A DNA stretch of 64,000 bases from Desulfosudaceae bacterium (GCA_963674745.2 CAXXDV010000003.1:224001-288000); one strand, 5' to 3'. Counted from the first letter of the stretch, positions 6,883 to 17,054 are shown. Numbers and translations are program-made. The notes: generated from the letters alone by a model not told the origin.

Positions 6883-9386
6883 TGAGTTTATTAAAGATGA
6901 AAAAAATCAAGTTGCGCTGTCCGGTGTTTTCGGCCGCCCCTTTTAAAATCGTACCGGGGGCCACATTTTTATTTCTGGTTTTGTTTTTTGCGGTCACCGG
7001 TGCTCAGGCATACCAGGCCGCCGCCATTCCCTGGTCGGGATACTGGTGGCCGGTAACTCGCGGCGGACTGGCTACCGGCAGCGATTACCGGGGGCACCCG
7101 GCACCCCTGGAAAAATACCATCTTTACACGGACGGTGTCACCACCGGTTATGCCCTGACCCAGTACCTGGATATCGCCTATGATCCCTACGCCTCGGCCT
7201 GGTATGGATTCTGCCTGCACTGGGCCCGGGCGGCCTGTTTTGAGCCCGGCGATATTCTGCCCTCTTCGAACGATAATATTATTTTCCGGGTAGGGGATAA
7301 AAAAGGGCTCCTGACCCTGGCCCACCACAAAGACATTGTCGAGACGGACAACGGTTCCTATCCCGAATCCTTTCATTACTGGCTTTTGCATTATATCAAG
7401 GACCAGAAAAAAGCCTTTACCGCCGATCTTTTTGCCGGTACTGAGGTCTGGTCCTACCCGATTTACAAATACGAGATGCAGATCACCGGCGGGGGCGCCA
7501 CCCAGTCGGTGTATGTAAAAATCTATTATGCCGATGATTTTGTCTTCCCTGACTTTATGGGAACACAGGAACGGTCCACTTTCTACACCTACGATCTGTT
7601 TCTGGACGGAAGCGGGGCCATCACCGGCGGTCAGTGGACCGGCAACAGCATTACCGACCATCCGGAAAACATGAGTATCCCGCTGGGGGTGGGTGAGGGC
7701 TTTCCCGGACTGGATTATCAACAGGTCGTTAAACTGGCCACATCGAAAGATGATTTTCTGGAAGACGGCAGCCGGCCGGTTGAAATCGGCCCGGGAACCT
7801 ACAATCTGATCCTGCTTGATGAAGATGCTTACCGGTTTCCAGTTCAAGTCGACGATGTCATTTCCCTGCGGATAGACAAGCAGTCCGGAAGCGCGCAGGA
7901 TATCAGTGCGGTGATGATGGATGGCAATGGTGCCGAGGTTTTTCGTAACGATATTACCGAGGACAATCCCGTCGATCAATTGTTTACCGCAACAACACCG
8001 CCCTACACCGTTTATCTTACCCAGGCCGAAGCCTACACCACGGACCCGAACATTTACACCCTGGCCCTGGATCTTCAAAAGCCGTTCAGCCAGGAAATTC
8101 CCTACATTCCCAAATCAGGTGGCTGGTCCGGGTTTGCGCTGACCAATCCGACCGACACCACGGTAAAAAATGTGATTCTGGTCAGCAGCGATGCCGACGG
8201 CGTGCCGATCCAGACACTGGAGGGGCCGCTTTCGTTGGCGCCGGGAGAGAAAAAACGATTTTTCTTCAGCGATTATGATGTGCCCATGCATGAACTGATT
8301 GATACCGAGCGGCTGACCCTGATGGCGGATGGATCTGTGGTGCTGCTTAATCTGGTCGGAGAAGGAGATGATTTTTTGGCCACTTTTGTACAGGGAAAGG
8401 CCCGGGGGAATCGGTTGGTCCTTCCGGATACCGCCCCTGCCATGATGCCGGGTGTGCGCATGTTCGGAGGGGTTAAAAATGAACGTTTCCAGGAAACCGC
8501 GGTAAAGATCAGCCTTTATACGGCGGCAGGTGCGCTGGCCGACGAAGTGATCCAGAATGTGGCGCCTCGCGGGTACCTGACCATTAAACCGGGTTCTGAT
8601 CCGTTTTATAGTATGCCGTCATCCGGTTGGATGGAAATTCAGGCGGGCGCTGAGGCCAGCCTGAACGGGTTTCAATACCTGTCCAACGCTTCGGGCGTGG
8701 AAACCCTTTTTGCCCTTCCGGTAAATTCGGCAACAAAAATTGTGCCCCACATCGCGAAAAAAGGGTACTGGGTAACGTCGGTTACCCTGATCAACCCGAA
8801 TAACACAGACAATGCTGTTAACCTGCACCTGGCTTTGGCCGGTGGAGACACAAGCGGCGATTACGATATTGTGCTGGCCCCTTATGAAAAACGGGTGTTG
8901 GAGATTCAGGATCTGTTCGGAAAATCAACGGGTGATCCGCTTTATCATTCGATTCTGGAAATTACCGGTGAACAACCGTTGGCCGGTTATTATGCTTACA
9001 ACCGGCCGGATATCGGCGATTATGCCGCCTTCCCCCTGCTGGATGAGAGCGATTTTGCCGAAGTGCTGGACATGCCGCATTACGCGGGAAACAACGGCGG
9101 CTTCTGGTGGACCGGTGTCGTGGTCTGTAACCCCTCTACCATTTCTCAAACGGTACGCGTGGAACCGTATAATGCTGAAGGCGAGCTGATACAGGGGGCG
9201 GTCAAAACGCTCGATCTCAACGCCGGTGCCTATGACGTCATGGACGTGCAGTTGTATTTTGGTGGAACCGCGCCTGAGATATCTTTTATCAAACTTCGCG
9301 CCACCGGGGGGGCAGGCAGTATCGGCGGTTTTTATCTGTATGGCAACCGCAGAAACAGAAATATTCTCAGCGGCGCCAATATGTGA
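6879..9386 (+). CDS. Exported GP42/TGase_elicitor-like (transglutaminase-fold) protein with four C-terminal beta-sandwich repeats
   Basis: PWSGYWWP, LEKY, WYGFCLHWARAACFEP, GDKKGLLT, EVWSYPIYKY, YTYDLFLD...GGQW...HP match the motif order of oomycete GP42-type transglutaminases; repeats IPYIP..WSGFALTNP, LVLPD.., IVPHI..WVTSVTLINP, MPHYA..WWTGVVVCNP. Confidence 0.75.
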   Translation: MMSLLKMKKIKLRCPVFSAAPFKIVPGATFLFLVLFFAVTGAQAYQAAAIPWSGYWWPVTRGGLATGSDYRGHPAPLEKYHLYTDGVTTGYALTQYLDIAYDPYASAWYGFCLHWARAACFEPGDILPSSNDNIIFRVGDKKGLLTLAHHKDIVETDNGSYPESFHYWLLHYIKDQKKAFTADLFAGTEVWSYPIYKYEMQITGGGATQSVYVKIYYADDFVFPDFMGTQERSTFYTYDLFLDGSGAITGGQWTGNSITDHPENMSIPLGVGEGFPGLDYQQVVKLATSKDDFLEDGSRPVEIGPGTYNLILLDEDAYRFPVQVDDVISLRIDKQSGSAQDISAVMMDGNGAEVFRNDITEDNPVDQLFTATTPPYTVYLTQAEAYTTDPNIYTLALDLQKPFSQEIPYIPKSGGWSGFALTNPTDTTVKNVILVSSDADGVPIQTLEGPLSLAPGEKKRFFFSDYDVPMHELIDTERLTLMADGSVVLLNLVGEGDDFLATFVQGKARGNRLVLPDTAPAMMPGVRMFGGVKNERFQETAVKISLYTAAGALADEVIQNVAPRGYLTIKPGSDPFYSMPSSGWMEIQAGAEASLNGFQYLSNASGVETLFALPVNSATKIVPHIAKKGYWVTSVTLINPNNTDNAVNLHLALAGGDTSGDYDIVLAPYEKRVLEIQDLFGKSTGDPLYHSILEITGEQPLAGYYAYNRPDIGDYAAFPLLDESDFAEVLDMPHYAGNNGGFWWTGVVVCNPSTISQTVRVEPYNAEGELIQGAVKTLDLNAGAYDVMDVQLYFGGTAPEISFIKLRATGGAGSIGGFYLYGNRRNRNILSGANM

Positions 9387-9392
9387 TAAGAC

Positions 9393-9824
9393 CTATTCGT
9401 CGATAAGGGTGGCTTCCGGATGAATATTCACATACCAGGCGCCTTTTTCCTTGACCCATTGCTGGTTATGGGGCGCGCGTTTTAATTCATATCCCATAAA
9501 CATAATGTCGATCCTGACCCTTACTTTGGCTTTATCACCTTCGGGAAGCACGTTTATTTCATCTACCTCAAAGCCGGTGTAAATCGCCTTGCGGGTCTGG
9601 TGGATAAATTGGTCCCGTTGAACCTTTTCCCGGGATGAGGCGTTTAAAAATGAATAGGCGGTATTCCATTGCTGGTCTACCTGGGCCTGCATGTAGCCTT
9701 TGACACGGTCTTCGAGGGAGGCTTTCTTGTCGGCGCTTCTGGACGATAATGCGGCGCATCCGGTTATCAGGAACAGCATCAGGCAGACAGAAAGGGCCGA
9801 CAGTGTTATTCTGGTTTTTTTCAC
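9393..9824 (-). CDS. Small lipoprotein (possible NTF2-like fold)
   Basis: GAGGAG RBS with GTG start; lipobox LITG-C; ends WVKEKGAWYV. Confidence 0.8.
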   Translation of the reverse strand: MKKTRITLSALSVCLMLFLITGCAALSSRSADKKASLEDRVKGYMQAQVDQQWNTAYSFLNASSREKVQRDQFIHQTRKAIYTGFEVDEINVLPEGDKAKVRVRIDIMFMGYELKRAPHNQQWVKEKGAWYVNIHPEATLIDE

Positions 9825-9836
9825 GGTACTTCTCCT

Positions 9837-10949
9837 CTATTGATTGTGTTGTTTCTGGTATTGCTCCATAAATTCTTCCGGACTCATCTGCAGGCCATTT
9901 ATCAGTTCCTGTTGTGCTTTTGCTTCTTTTCTCTCAAGCACTTTCTTGTGCTTCTCAACCAGAACGGCCATCTCCTGATCGTCGGCAAATGAGCGATCAA
10001 GGGTAATGGGTTTGCTTTTGCTGATCAGCATTTTTCCGTTACTGTCAAGCATGACCGTCAGCCTGCCCAGGGCCATGCCTTTGGGGCCGGAATAGAGTAA
10101 AACAGGGCCCTCTGAAGGTGTTTCATTTATATCCGTGTCATGGTTGGCATCACTCGAACCGCATCCAGGTGAATGCATTTTGCCGGATTCGGCACTTTTC
10201 GCAAGGAATTCTCTGCAACCGGCGGTAATGGACACGTCGATACCTTTGACCGACTTGAAAAGGCTCAGCATTTCGGAAGTGCTGAGTTGAGACAACAAAA
10301 TGACCAGGTCAGCCTGCTTTTTGACTTCCGGCACCAGTTTGTTCAGGGCTTCTGCGGGCGGAGTTGCCTGCAGTTGTTTTTTCTGCTCTTGTGTCAGGAA
10401 ATCGGGCAGTTTGTCCGGATCAACAATGCCAAGAACGGCCATTTTAATGCCGCCGACGTCTTTGATGATGTATTTACGAGCCCAGGAAGGGCTGCTGCCG
10501 TTGTATTTCAGGTTGGAGGCAATAAAGGGAAAGGATATGGCAGACTGGTTTTTTTCGAGGATTTCAGGTCCGAACTGTAGTTCCAGAACACCAAAATTCA
10601 AAGCATCGTACTTCATTGATGTCATGGCCTTTAACATGAATTCGGATGTGTCTTGACGAAGATCCAGTTCTTTACTCTTCTCACTGAAGGCTTCTCCACA
10701 ATCCAGCAGCAGCACCGGAAGGCCTTCGTCCCGAATGGCCGCGATTGCCTGGGCACGGCGGGCAAGACCGCCCGCGAAATTGTTCCCTCAGGTATGAATC
10801 GGGTCAAGGTTTCCCCTGGCCGCTCCGGTGAAAAGAATGGTGGCGCGTTTTTCTTCTCCGGCAAAAGCGGGTGGCAGGGAAAGAACGCTGCACAGAATGA
10901 ATATGGACAATGAAAGAATGATCGGTTTCATATAAATCTTTTGAAACAT
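9837..10949 (-). CDS. Exported UshA-like (5'-nucleotidase N-domain fold) selenoprotein, 370 aa, Sec at codon 54
   Basis: AAGGAG RBS with ATG 10949, signal peptide, then ILFTGAARGNLDPIHT-UGA(10790-10788)-GNNFAGGLARR...LLLDCGE in the same frame as the tracked 9837..10715 ORF; SECIS-like hairpin follows. Confidence 0.85.
10751..10787 (-). promoter_or_regulatory. Bacterial SECIS-like hairpin
   Basis: mRNA after UGA: GGGAAC AAUUUC GCGGGCG-GUCU-UGCCCGC C GUGCCC; upper stem starts 13 nt after UGA with a G-initiated apical loop; lower stem GGGAAC/GUGCCC. Confidence 0.75.
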
Positions 10950-11266
10950 GTTTGGTCTCCTTTAAAGCGTAATTTATGTTCTGTGTTTATACCACATCAG
11001 TTGATCGTCCGCAATTTTTTTGATGGGTGATACACTGCTGCATACCTGAAAAAGAACGGTGTAAAACGAACCTGATCAGGCACCTGGTCATGGATTCCTG
11101 TGTAACCGCAAATGAGGCTCCGGCCCAGCATCCGGAGATAAGCCGTGGTTAAATTGAACTTTTTTATATCCTGAGAAGGCATCTGTCAAGTCTTTTCATA
11201 TATAATTCGTAGGGAATAGCTATTAATGACTACTGTGGTTAAGTGATTATGTGTTTAAGTGGTTAT

Positions 11267-11290
11267 GTAGGGGCACGGCGTGCCGTGCCC
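11267..11290 (+). repeat. GTAG-type REP (class GTAGGGGCACGGCGTGCCGTGCCC) embedded in 8-mer microsatellite
   Basis: Identical copies at 60836 (+), 45100-45123 (-) and 49551-49574 (-). Confidence 0.85.
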
Positions 11291-11491
11291 GATTGTGATC
11301 AGGTTTTAAAGTTTTAGCGTTTTAGGGTGACTCGGGTTTGGGGTGATGCCTTCTCCGTCCGGCCCTGATTTACCTTGACTTCCGGATGATCGAATGATTA
11401 AATTGCAGGTTTAAAGAATGGACAATAATGTCGAGCGGTTGGCAACGGTCTTGTCGCAACCGCATATCCGGTTACCACGGACAGTAACGCA

Positions 11492-12283
11492 ATGAAAACA
11501 CCGGTTGATTCAAATCAAAGGGATTGGCGTTATCTGACGGATCTGATCCTTCAGAAAGCCAGGGCCGGGCTGCGGGCTGAAGCTTCCCGGGGCTACCTGG
11601 GGGTGTTGTGGTGGGTGATCGAACCGGTCATGTATATGACGGTGTTTTATGTTGCTTTTGCCCACCTGTTGAAACGGGGGGATGAGAATTTTGTCATATT
11701 TCTGCTGACCGGCCTGATCGTATGGAAATGGTTCCACGCCACCATTAATACCGGCTCTAAGAGCCTTATGGCCAGCGCGGGGCTGATGAACCAGATCTAT
11801 GTGCCCAAGATTATTTTTCCATTGACCAATGTCGCTGTAAACACCTTTAAATTTTTTCTTATTCTGCTTATTCTGCTGGTCGTTCTTCAGTTTACGCCCG
11901 CCCGGGTGACATGGGCCTGGTTGTTGCTGCCGGTGCTGGTCTTCACGCAACTGTTGCTGATTGCCGCCCTGAGCAGTTTGCTGGCGGCTGTTATGCCTTT
12001 TTTCCCGGATTTAAAAGTCATTATCGACAATGTCCTGATGATGCTCCTCTTTCTTTCCGGCATTTTTTTTGATATCGCCAAACTGCCCGAAAAGATACAG
12101 GGGTATTTGTTGCTTAATCCCATGGCGGCGCTTATTGCCATGTACCGAAAAATGCTGCTCAAGGGAATGCCGCCGGACTGGGGACAGGTTTTATGGATAC
12201 TGGTGCTTTCCACGATCATTATGATGCTGGCGGTATGGGTTTTACGTCGGTATGACCGGATTTATCCCAAAATTATTTTTTAA
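11492..12283 (+). CDS. wzm: Glycan ABC exporter permease
   Basis: GYLGVLWWVIEP, multiple TM helices, LLNPMA motif of ABC-2 permeases. Confidence 0.92.
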   Translation: MKTPVDSNQRDWRYLTDLILQKARAGLRAEASRGYLGVLWWVIEPVMYMTVFYVAFAHLLKRGDENFVIFLLTGLIVWKWFHATINTGSKSLMASAGLMNQIYVPKIIFPLTNVAVNTFKFFLILLILLVVLQFTPARVTWAWLLLPVLVFTQLLLIAALSSLLAAVMPFFPDLKVIIDNVLMMLLFLSGIFFDIAKLPEKIQGYLLLNPMAALIAMYRKMLLKGMPPDWGQVLWILVLSTIIMMLAVWVLRRYDRIYPKIIF

Positions 12284-12294
12284 GTGAAAGATTG

Positions 12295-13029
12295 ATGACT
12301 TCACATATGTCGCCAGAACCGACGATTGTCGACGATACCGTACTGTTGAGACTGGAGAATGTCGGGCTGTATTACAGCCGGCGCCAGGGGTTTTTGAAAC
12401 GGTCGCTTTTCTGGGCGCTTAAGGATGTCTCTTTTGATCTGTGTGCCGGCGAAACCCTGGGGGTAATCGGAAAGAACGGGGTCGGCAAGAGCACGTTGCT
12501 GCGGGTACTGGCCGGTATCATCGCCCCGGACACCGGAAAGGTGGTGATCCATCGTCCGGGATTGAGAATTTCACTCATTTCCCTGGGGGCCGGTTTTGTG
12601 CCGTTTTTAAGCGGTCGTGAGAATGCCATTTTAAATGGTATGATGCTGGGTGCCACCAGGAAAGAAATTCTTTCACGCATGGACGATATCCTGGATTTTT
12701 CAGAGTTGGGCGATTTTTTTGATGAGCCGGTCAACACGTATTCCACCGGTATGCGCGCCCGCCTGGGATTTTCAGTTGCCCTTCACCTTGACCCGGACGT
12801 GATCCTTTTGGACGAGGTGCTGGGGGTGGGCGATGAGTCTTTCCGGAAAAAATCAACCGAAGCCATGAAACAGCGGATCAAATCCGATAAGACGGTCGTG
12901 ATGGTGTCCCACCACGTACCGATTTTAAGGGAACTTTGCGACCGTATTGTCTGGATCGAGGCCGGTAAAACCAGGGCCCAGGGTGCCGCAACGGAGGTTC
13001 TGGATGCCTATCTTGAAAATATTGGATAA
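12295..13029 (+). CDS. wzt: Glycan ABC exporter ATPase without C-terminal carbohydrate-binding domain
   Basis: FWALKDVSF, GKNGVGKST, YSTGMRARLGF, LLDEVLGVGD; only about 245 aa. Confidence 0.93.
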   Translation: MTSHMSPEPTIVDDTVLLRLENVGLYYSRRQGFLKRSLFWALKDVSFDLCAGETLGVIGKNGVGKSTLLRVLAGIIAPDTGKVVIHRPGLRISLISLGAGFVPFLSGRENAILNGMMLGATRKEILSRMDDILDFSELGDFFDEPVNTYSTGMRARLGFSVALHLDPDVILLDEVLGVGDESFRKKSTEAMKQRIKSDKTVVMVSHHVPILRELCDRIVWIEAGKTRAQGAATEVLDAYLENIG

Positions 13030-13159
13030 CCAGGGCGAATGTCGTGTGTCAGAACCTGTCGCCGTCGGCGCGGGTGGGGGGCGCCCGAAGGGGAATAATA
13101 CGCATAAATAATGATATATTGAACGGTAACGTGAAGAAAATGAAAGGCCCTGCGAAAAG

Positions 13160-15331
13160 ATGTTGAACAAGGCGGATAATGAATCGAATAATACGCCGGC
13201 GGCGGAATTGACCCGCATGGAACAAAATTCATTGAAACGAAAATTTATCAATGCGGTCAAACTCCGGCTTGCCCCGTATCCCCGTGTTTTTGCATGGGTA
13301 TTACGAGCCTATATTTTTGTCATAGAGACATCAAGGCGATTTGGTCGCAATATAGGGTATCTGGACCTGTCGTCAGCTGTTTCGGGTCATACCAGGCAGC
13401 ATCTCACGGGCAATAAAGGCCTGGTCCAGGTCACCGCCACGGAAGATGGCAATATGGTGATGCCCCTGCCGGCCTATGAAGCCCAATACGAAGAGCGGCA
13501 GACGTTCGGCATGCAGACGGATATCAAGCTCATTGCCTATTACCTGCCCCAGTTTCACGCCATACCTGAAAATGACGAATGGTGGGGCGAAGGCTTCACC
13601 GAATGGCACAACACGCGTAAAGCCAAACCCGCCTTTGCCGGACACTATCAGCCGCGGGAACCCCATGATGATATCGGCTATTACGACTTGAGTGATGTCG
13701 AAAGCATCAGAAAACAGGTCGATCTGGCCAAAAGTTACGGCATATATGGTTTCTGTTTTTACCATTACTGGTTTCACGGCACGCGGCTGCTGGGAAAACC
13801 GGTCGATCTGCTGTTGAACAATCCCGATCTGGACATGCCCTTCTGCCTCTGCTGGGCCAATGAAACATGGAGCCGGAAATGGGATGGAAAAGACGAGCAG
13901 ATTCTGATCAAGCAGACCTTTTCCGCCGAAGATGACCTGGAATTTATCGAATTTCTGGCCCCTTATTTCCGTGATCACCGGTACATCCGGGTCAACGGAA
14001 GGGCTGTGCTGCTTGTCTATCGCGCCAGTAAGCTGCCCAATCCTTTGAAAACCACCAATCGCTGGCGCAAATGGTGCTGGGACAACGGGCTTGGAAAAAT
14101 CCATCTGGTGGCGGTCTGTCATGGAGAGGTGTTTCCCCATATCCCCCTGGAAAAGATCGGGTTTGACGCTTATGCCGCCTTTCCCCCGCACAGTTTCCCC
14201 TGTCAGCATCTGTCCGAAGAGCATGAACTGTTCGACGGTGGTTACCGTTTTGACTATGCTTCAGGTGTGGATTATTTCTGCCCGGAAAATAACGGGACCC
14301 GGATTTATGAAGGCTGTATGCTCGGCTGGGATAACACGGCCCGGATGGGGACGCGCGGTGTGACCATGTTTCAGAATTTTTCGGTTAAAACATATTATAC
14401 CTGGCTTCGTCGCATCATTGAGTATACGCGAAACAGATTCCCTGAAGACGAACGCCTGGTGTTTATCAATGCCTGGAACGAATGGGCCGAAGGCACCTAC
14501 CTGGAACCGGACAAACGCTACGGTTATGTTTATCTGAATACAACGGCCAAGGCACTGTATGATTATCCGCTGAGTGACCCGGATGAATCCGGTGAAAATC
14601 ATGATCATGATTCTGCGGAAAAGTATACACAGGAATACAAGTGGTTGAAATACATGATCGAAAACACCGATGATCATTCGTTTTCCATTATAAACCGGTT
14701 TATTGACAACGACGCGGATGTACTGGAATTCGGTTCCGCGGCCGGCTATTTCACCCGCTACTTGACCGAGGAACGCAATGCTGCGGTGGATATTGTGGAA
14801 ATAGACAGCGATTGCGCCGCCAAGGCGGCTGTATACGCTCGTGATTCCTACATCGGGGACATAGAGCAGTATGGATGGAAAGACGCTTTTTCGGAAAAGC
14901 GTTATGACTATATTCTCTTTTCCGATGTACTTGAACATCTGCGGGATCCCTGGCGGACGCTGAAGGAATCCGTGGGCATGCTCAAGCCCGGTGGCCGGAT
15001 CATTTTATCCGTGCCCAACATTGCCCATACGCAGATCCTGTCCAGCTTATATAACAATGATTTTTCCTATTCCGACGTCGGTATTATGGACAGGACCCAC
15101 CTTCGTTTTTTTACCGAAGCCACCCTTCGGGAATTGATTGATGAGGCCGGCCTGAACGCCGGTGAGGTGGTTCCGGTAGAGGCCCCGGTGTTGCCGAAAA
15201 ACTGCGGCACACGCTGGAATAAAATATATGTGCCGGCCAGGCTGTGGGAAGCACTCGCCTCCAAAGAACACGCCAATGCCATTCAATTTGTGGCATGTTG
15301 CCAGAAGGAAGATCACGATGGTGACAAATAA
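13160..15331 (+). CDS. WbsX/GH99-like domain fused to class I SAM methyltransferase
   Basis: IAYYLPQFH..ENDEWWGEGFTEW, CWANETW, INAWNEWAEGTYLEPD; C-terminal VLEFGSAAGY, DVLEHLRDP, DRTHLRFFT. Confidence 0.9.
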   Translation: MLNKADNESNNTPAAELTRMEQNSLKRKFINAVKLRLAPYPRVFAWVLRAYIFVIETSRRFGRNIGYLDLSSAVSGHTRQHLTGNKGLVQVTATEDGNMVMPLPAYEAQYEERQTFGMQTDIKLIAYYLPQFHAIPENDEWWGEGFTEWHNTRKAKPAFAGHYQPREPHDDIGYYDLSDVESIRKQVDLAKSYGIYGFCFYHYWFHGTRLLGKPVDLLLNNPDLDMPFCLCWANETWSRKWDGKDEQILIKQTFSAEDDLEFIEFLAPYFRDHRYIRVNGRAVLLVYRASKLPNPLKTTNRWRKWCWDNGLGKIHLVAVCHGEVFPHIPLEKIGFDAYAAFPPHSFPCQHLSEEHELFDGGYRFDYASGVDYFCPENNGTRIYEGCMLGWDNTARMGTRGVTMFQNFSVKTYYTWLRRIIEYTRNRFPEDERLVFINAWNEWAEGTYLEPDKRYGYVYLNTTAKALYDYPLSDPDESGENHDHDSAEKYTQEYKWLKYMIENTDDHSFSIINRFIDNDADVLEFGSAAGYFTRYLTEERNAAVDIVEIDSDCAAKAAVYARDSYIGDIEQYGWKDAFSEKRYDYILFSDVLEHLRDPWRTLKESVGMLKPGGRIILSVPNIAHTQILSSLYNNDFSYSDVGIMDRTHLRFFTEATLRELIDEAGLNAGEVVPVEAPVLPKNCGTRWNKIYVPARLWEALASKEHANAIQFVACCQKEDHDGDK

Positions 15332-16115
15332 AGCAAAAGTGACGCGCGAACTGCACTGGGAAAATGACAATATCTTTAAAATAGATGACGTGACTTTTGT
15401 TGTGGAAGCGGGAGACGGGTTATACAATGCAATCTCCGAAGAACAGACATTTGTTATCGGCAAGTCCCGCCGTCAGCTGGAAACGATCCAGGGATTGGAC
15501 TTTCGTAACCCGGTTAAACGGGTTTTTGACCTGGGTATTTACAAGGGCGGCAGTGTCATGTTTTATCACAAACTGTTTTCCCCGGAAAAGATTGTCGCCG
15601 TTGATATTGACAACAAGCCGGTTGAACCCCTGGATGCTTATATCAGCGCCAACGGGCTCGACCGTACAATCCGTACCTATTATGGCGTGGACCAGTCAGA
15701 CCCGGACGCGATGGGGGAAATCCTGCGGAAAGAGACGGAAGGACAGTTTTTCGACCTGGTGGTGGACGATGCTTCCCATTTGCTCAAAGAGACCCGGGCG
15801 TCTTTTAATATGCTCTTGCCCCATGTCGCGCCCGGTGGATACTATATCATTGAAGACTGGGGCTGGGCGCATTGGGAAGGCGAACACTGGCAGGGGAAAG
15901 GTGGCCCCTGGCCGAATGAGCCGCCTTTGTCCAACCTGGTTTTTGAGTTGACCATGCTGCTGGCTTCACGCCCGTTCGTCGTCGAGTCCATTTTTCTGTT
16001 GCCGGCTTATGCCGTAATAAAACGGGGAACGGAAGCACTTGACCGCAAGTCGGGGCAATTCGATATTTCAAACAGCTGTCTGAATCGCGGCAAACAGGTG
16101 CAGTTCCTCGATTGA
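15318..16115 (+). CDS. Class I SAM-dependent methyltransferase
   Basis: FDLGIYKGGS, FDLVVDDASH, PGGYYIIEDW; ATG 15318 overlaps the upstream stop. Confidence 0.85.
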   Translation: MVTNKAKVTRELHWENDNIFKIDDVTFVVEAGDGLYNAISEEQTFVIGKSRRQLETIQGLDFRNPVKRVFDLGIYKGGSVMFYHKLFSPEKIVAVDIDNKPVEPLDAYISANGLDRTIRTYYGVDQSDPDAMGEILRKETEGQFFDLVVDDASHLLKETRASFNMLLPHVAPGGYYIIEDWGWAHWEGEHWQGKGGPWPNEPPLSNLVFELTMLLASRPFVVESIFLLPAYAVIKRGTEALDRKSGQFDISNSCLNRGKQVQFLD

Positions 16116-16132
16116 CCGTTCCTGAAAATGTT

Positions 16133-16158
16133 GTAGGGGCAGGCCCCCGTGCCTGCCC
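16133..16158 (+). repeat. Single GTAG-type REP
   Basis: gtaggggcaggcccccgtgcctgccc, identical to the 2580 copies. Confidence 0.85.
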
Positions 16159-16254
16159 GGCAGAAGGAGTCAGGGGCTGGGGGTCAAATCAGCTCGTGAA
16201 ATATCCGGGTTAAAGCAGAGCAACCGTTTTGGCGAAAGCGCCGGGCGGGCAAGG

Positions 16255-16962
16255 ATGAACATGAAACCGGCTTTATTTCTTCATATTCAAAAGACGGCCG
16301 GCACATCTGTGGTGAAGATGTGCCGTGAATATTATGGAGAAACGCTTGTTTCGCATATCGATTACCGCGGGCGTAAACCCGAATCCTTTGAGGAAACGGG
16401 TTTTGTTTCCGGTCATTTCGGATATGGTTTTGCCCGACCGCTGATGGGCTCCCGATACAGCTTTACCTTTCTCCGTGATCCCGTGGAGCGCGTTTTATCG
16501 TTCTATTATTTCTGTTGCCGGTCCGATCCGGATGCCTATGAAATTTACCGGCTGACACAGGAAAATACAATAAATGATTTTCTGGACATGGGCCTGGATA
16601 ATCCCCGGGTCAAAACCCATATCTGGAACCATCAGACCTGGCAACTGGCCTGTGGATGGGGGAATCCTTCCCAAAAAAGCATATTGGATTACGACGGGGA
16701 GGCGATGCTGGGCGAAGCCAGAACACATCTGGCTGAATTCGATTATGTCGGTTTTACAGAATCGTTTGATCAGGATATTCATGTCATATTAAACAGTTTA
16801 GGCATCAGCCGATCCGCAAAGGCTTTAAAGACCAATGCGGGCGGTCCCAGACCCCGGAAAACCGATTTGTCCTCGTCCATCCGGGAACGGTTGGCCCGGC
16901 TGACGGAGCTGGATCAGACGCTGTACGATTCTGCTCTGGCCGGACGTTTAAAACGCGTCTGA
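16255..16962 (+). CDS. Sulfotransferase family protein
   Basis: 5'-PSB FLHIQKTAGTS; SGHF; 3'-PB FLRDPVERVLSFY. Confidence 0.88.
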   Translation: MNMKPALFLHIQKTAGTSVVKMCREYYGETLVSHIDYRGRKPESFEETGFVSGHFGYGFARPLMGSRYSFTFLRDPVERVLSFYYFCCRSDPDAYEIYRLTQENTINDFLDMGLDNPRVKTHIWNHQTWQLACGWGNPSQKSILDYDGEAMLGEARTHLAEFDYVGFTESFDQDIHVILNSLGISRSAKALKTNAGGPRPRKTDLSSSIRERLARLTELDQTLYDSALAGRLKRV

Positions 16963-17054
16963 ACAGAATCCGGAACACCGCCGCCCCCGGCCTGGCGGAT
17001 TGGTATTGATGCCTTCCGGCTCAGCCGGTTGAGTTAAGGTGGAAATCGTTGTTT

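Noticed and set aside
10631..10864. Separate 77-aa ORF, or a frameshift explaining the 5' end of the UshA-like gene
   Set aside because: The upstream segment is in the same frame as 9837..10715, separated only by one UGA with a SECIS-like hairpin
10990..11180. Riboswitch or sRNA upstream of the selenoprotein gene
   Set aside because: Only small hairpins; no recognisable family consensus by eye, so an Rfam scan is needed
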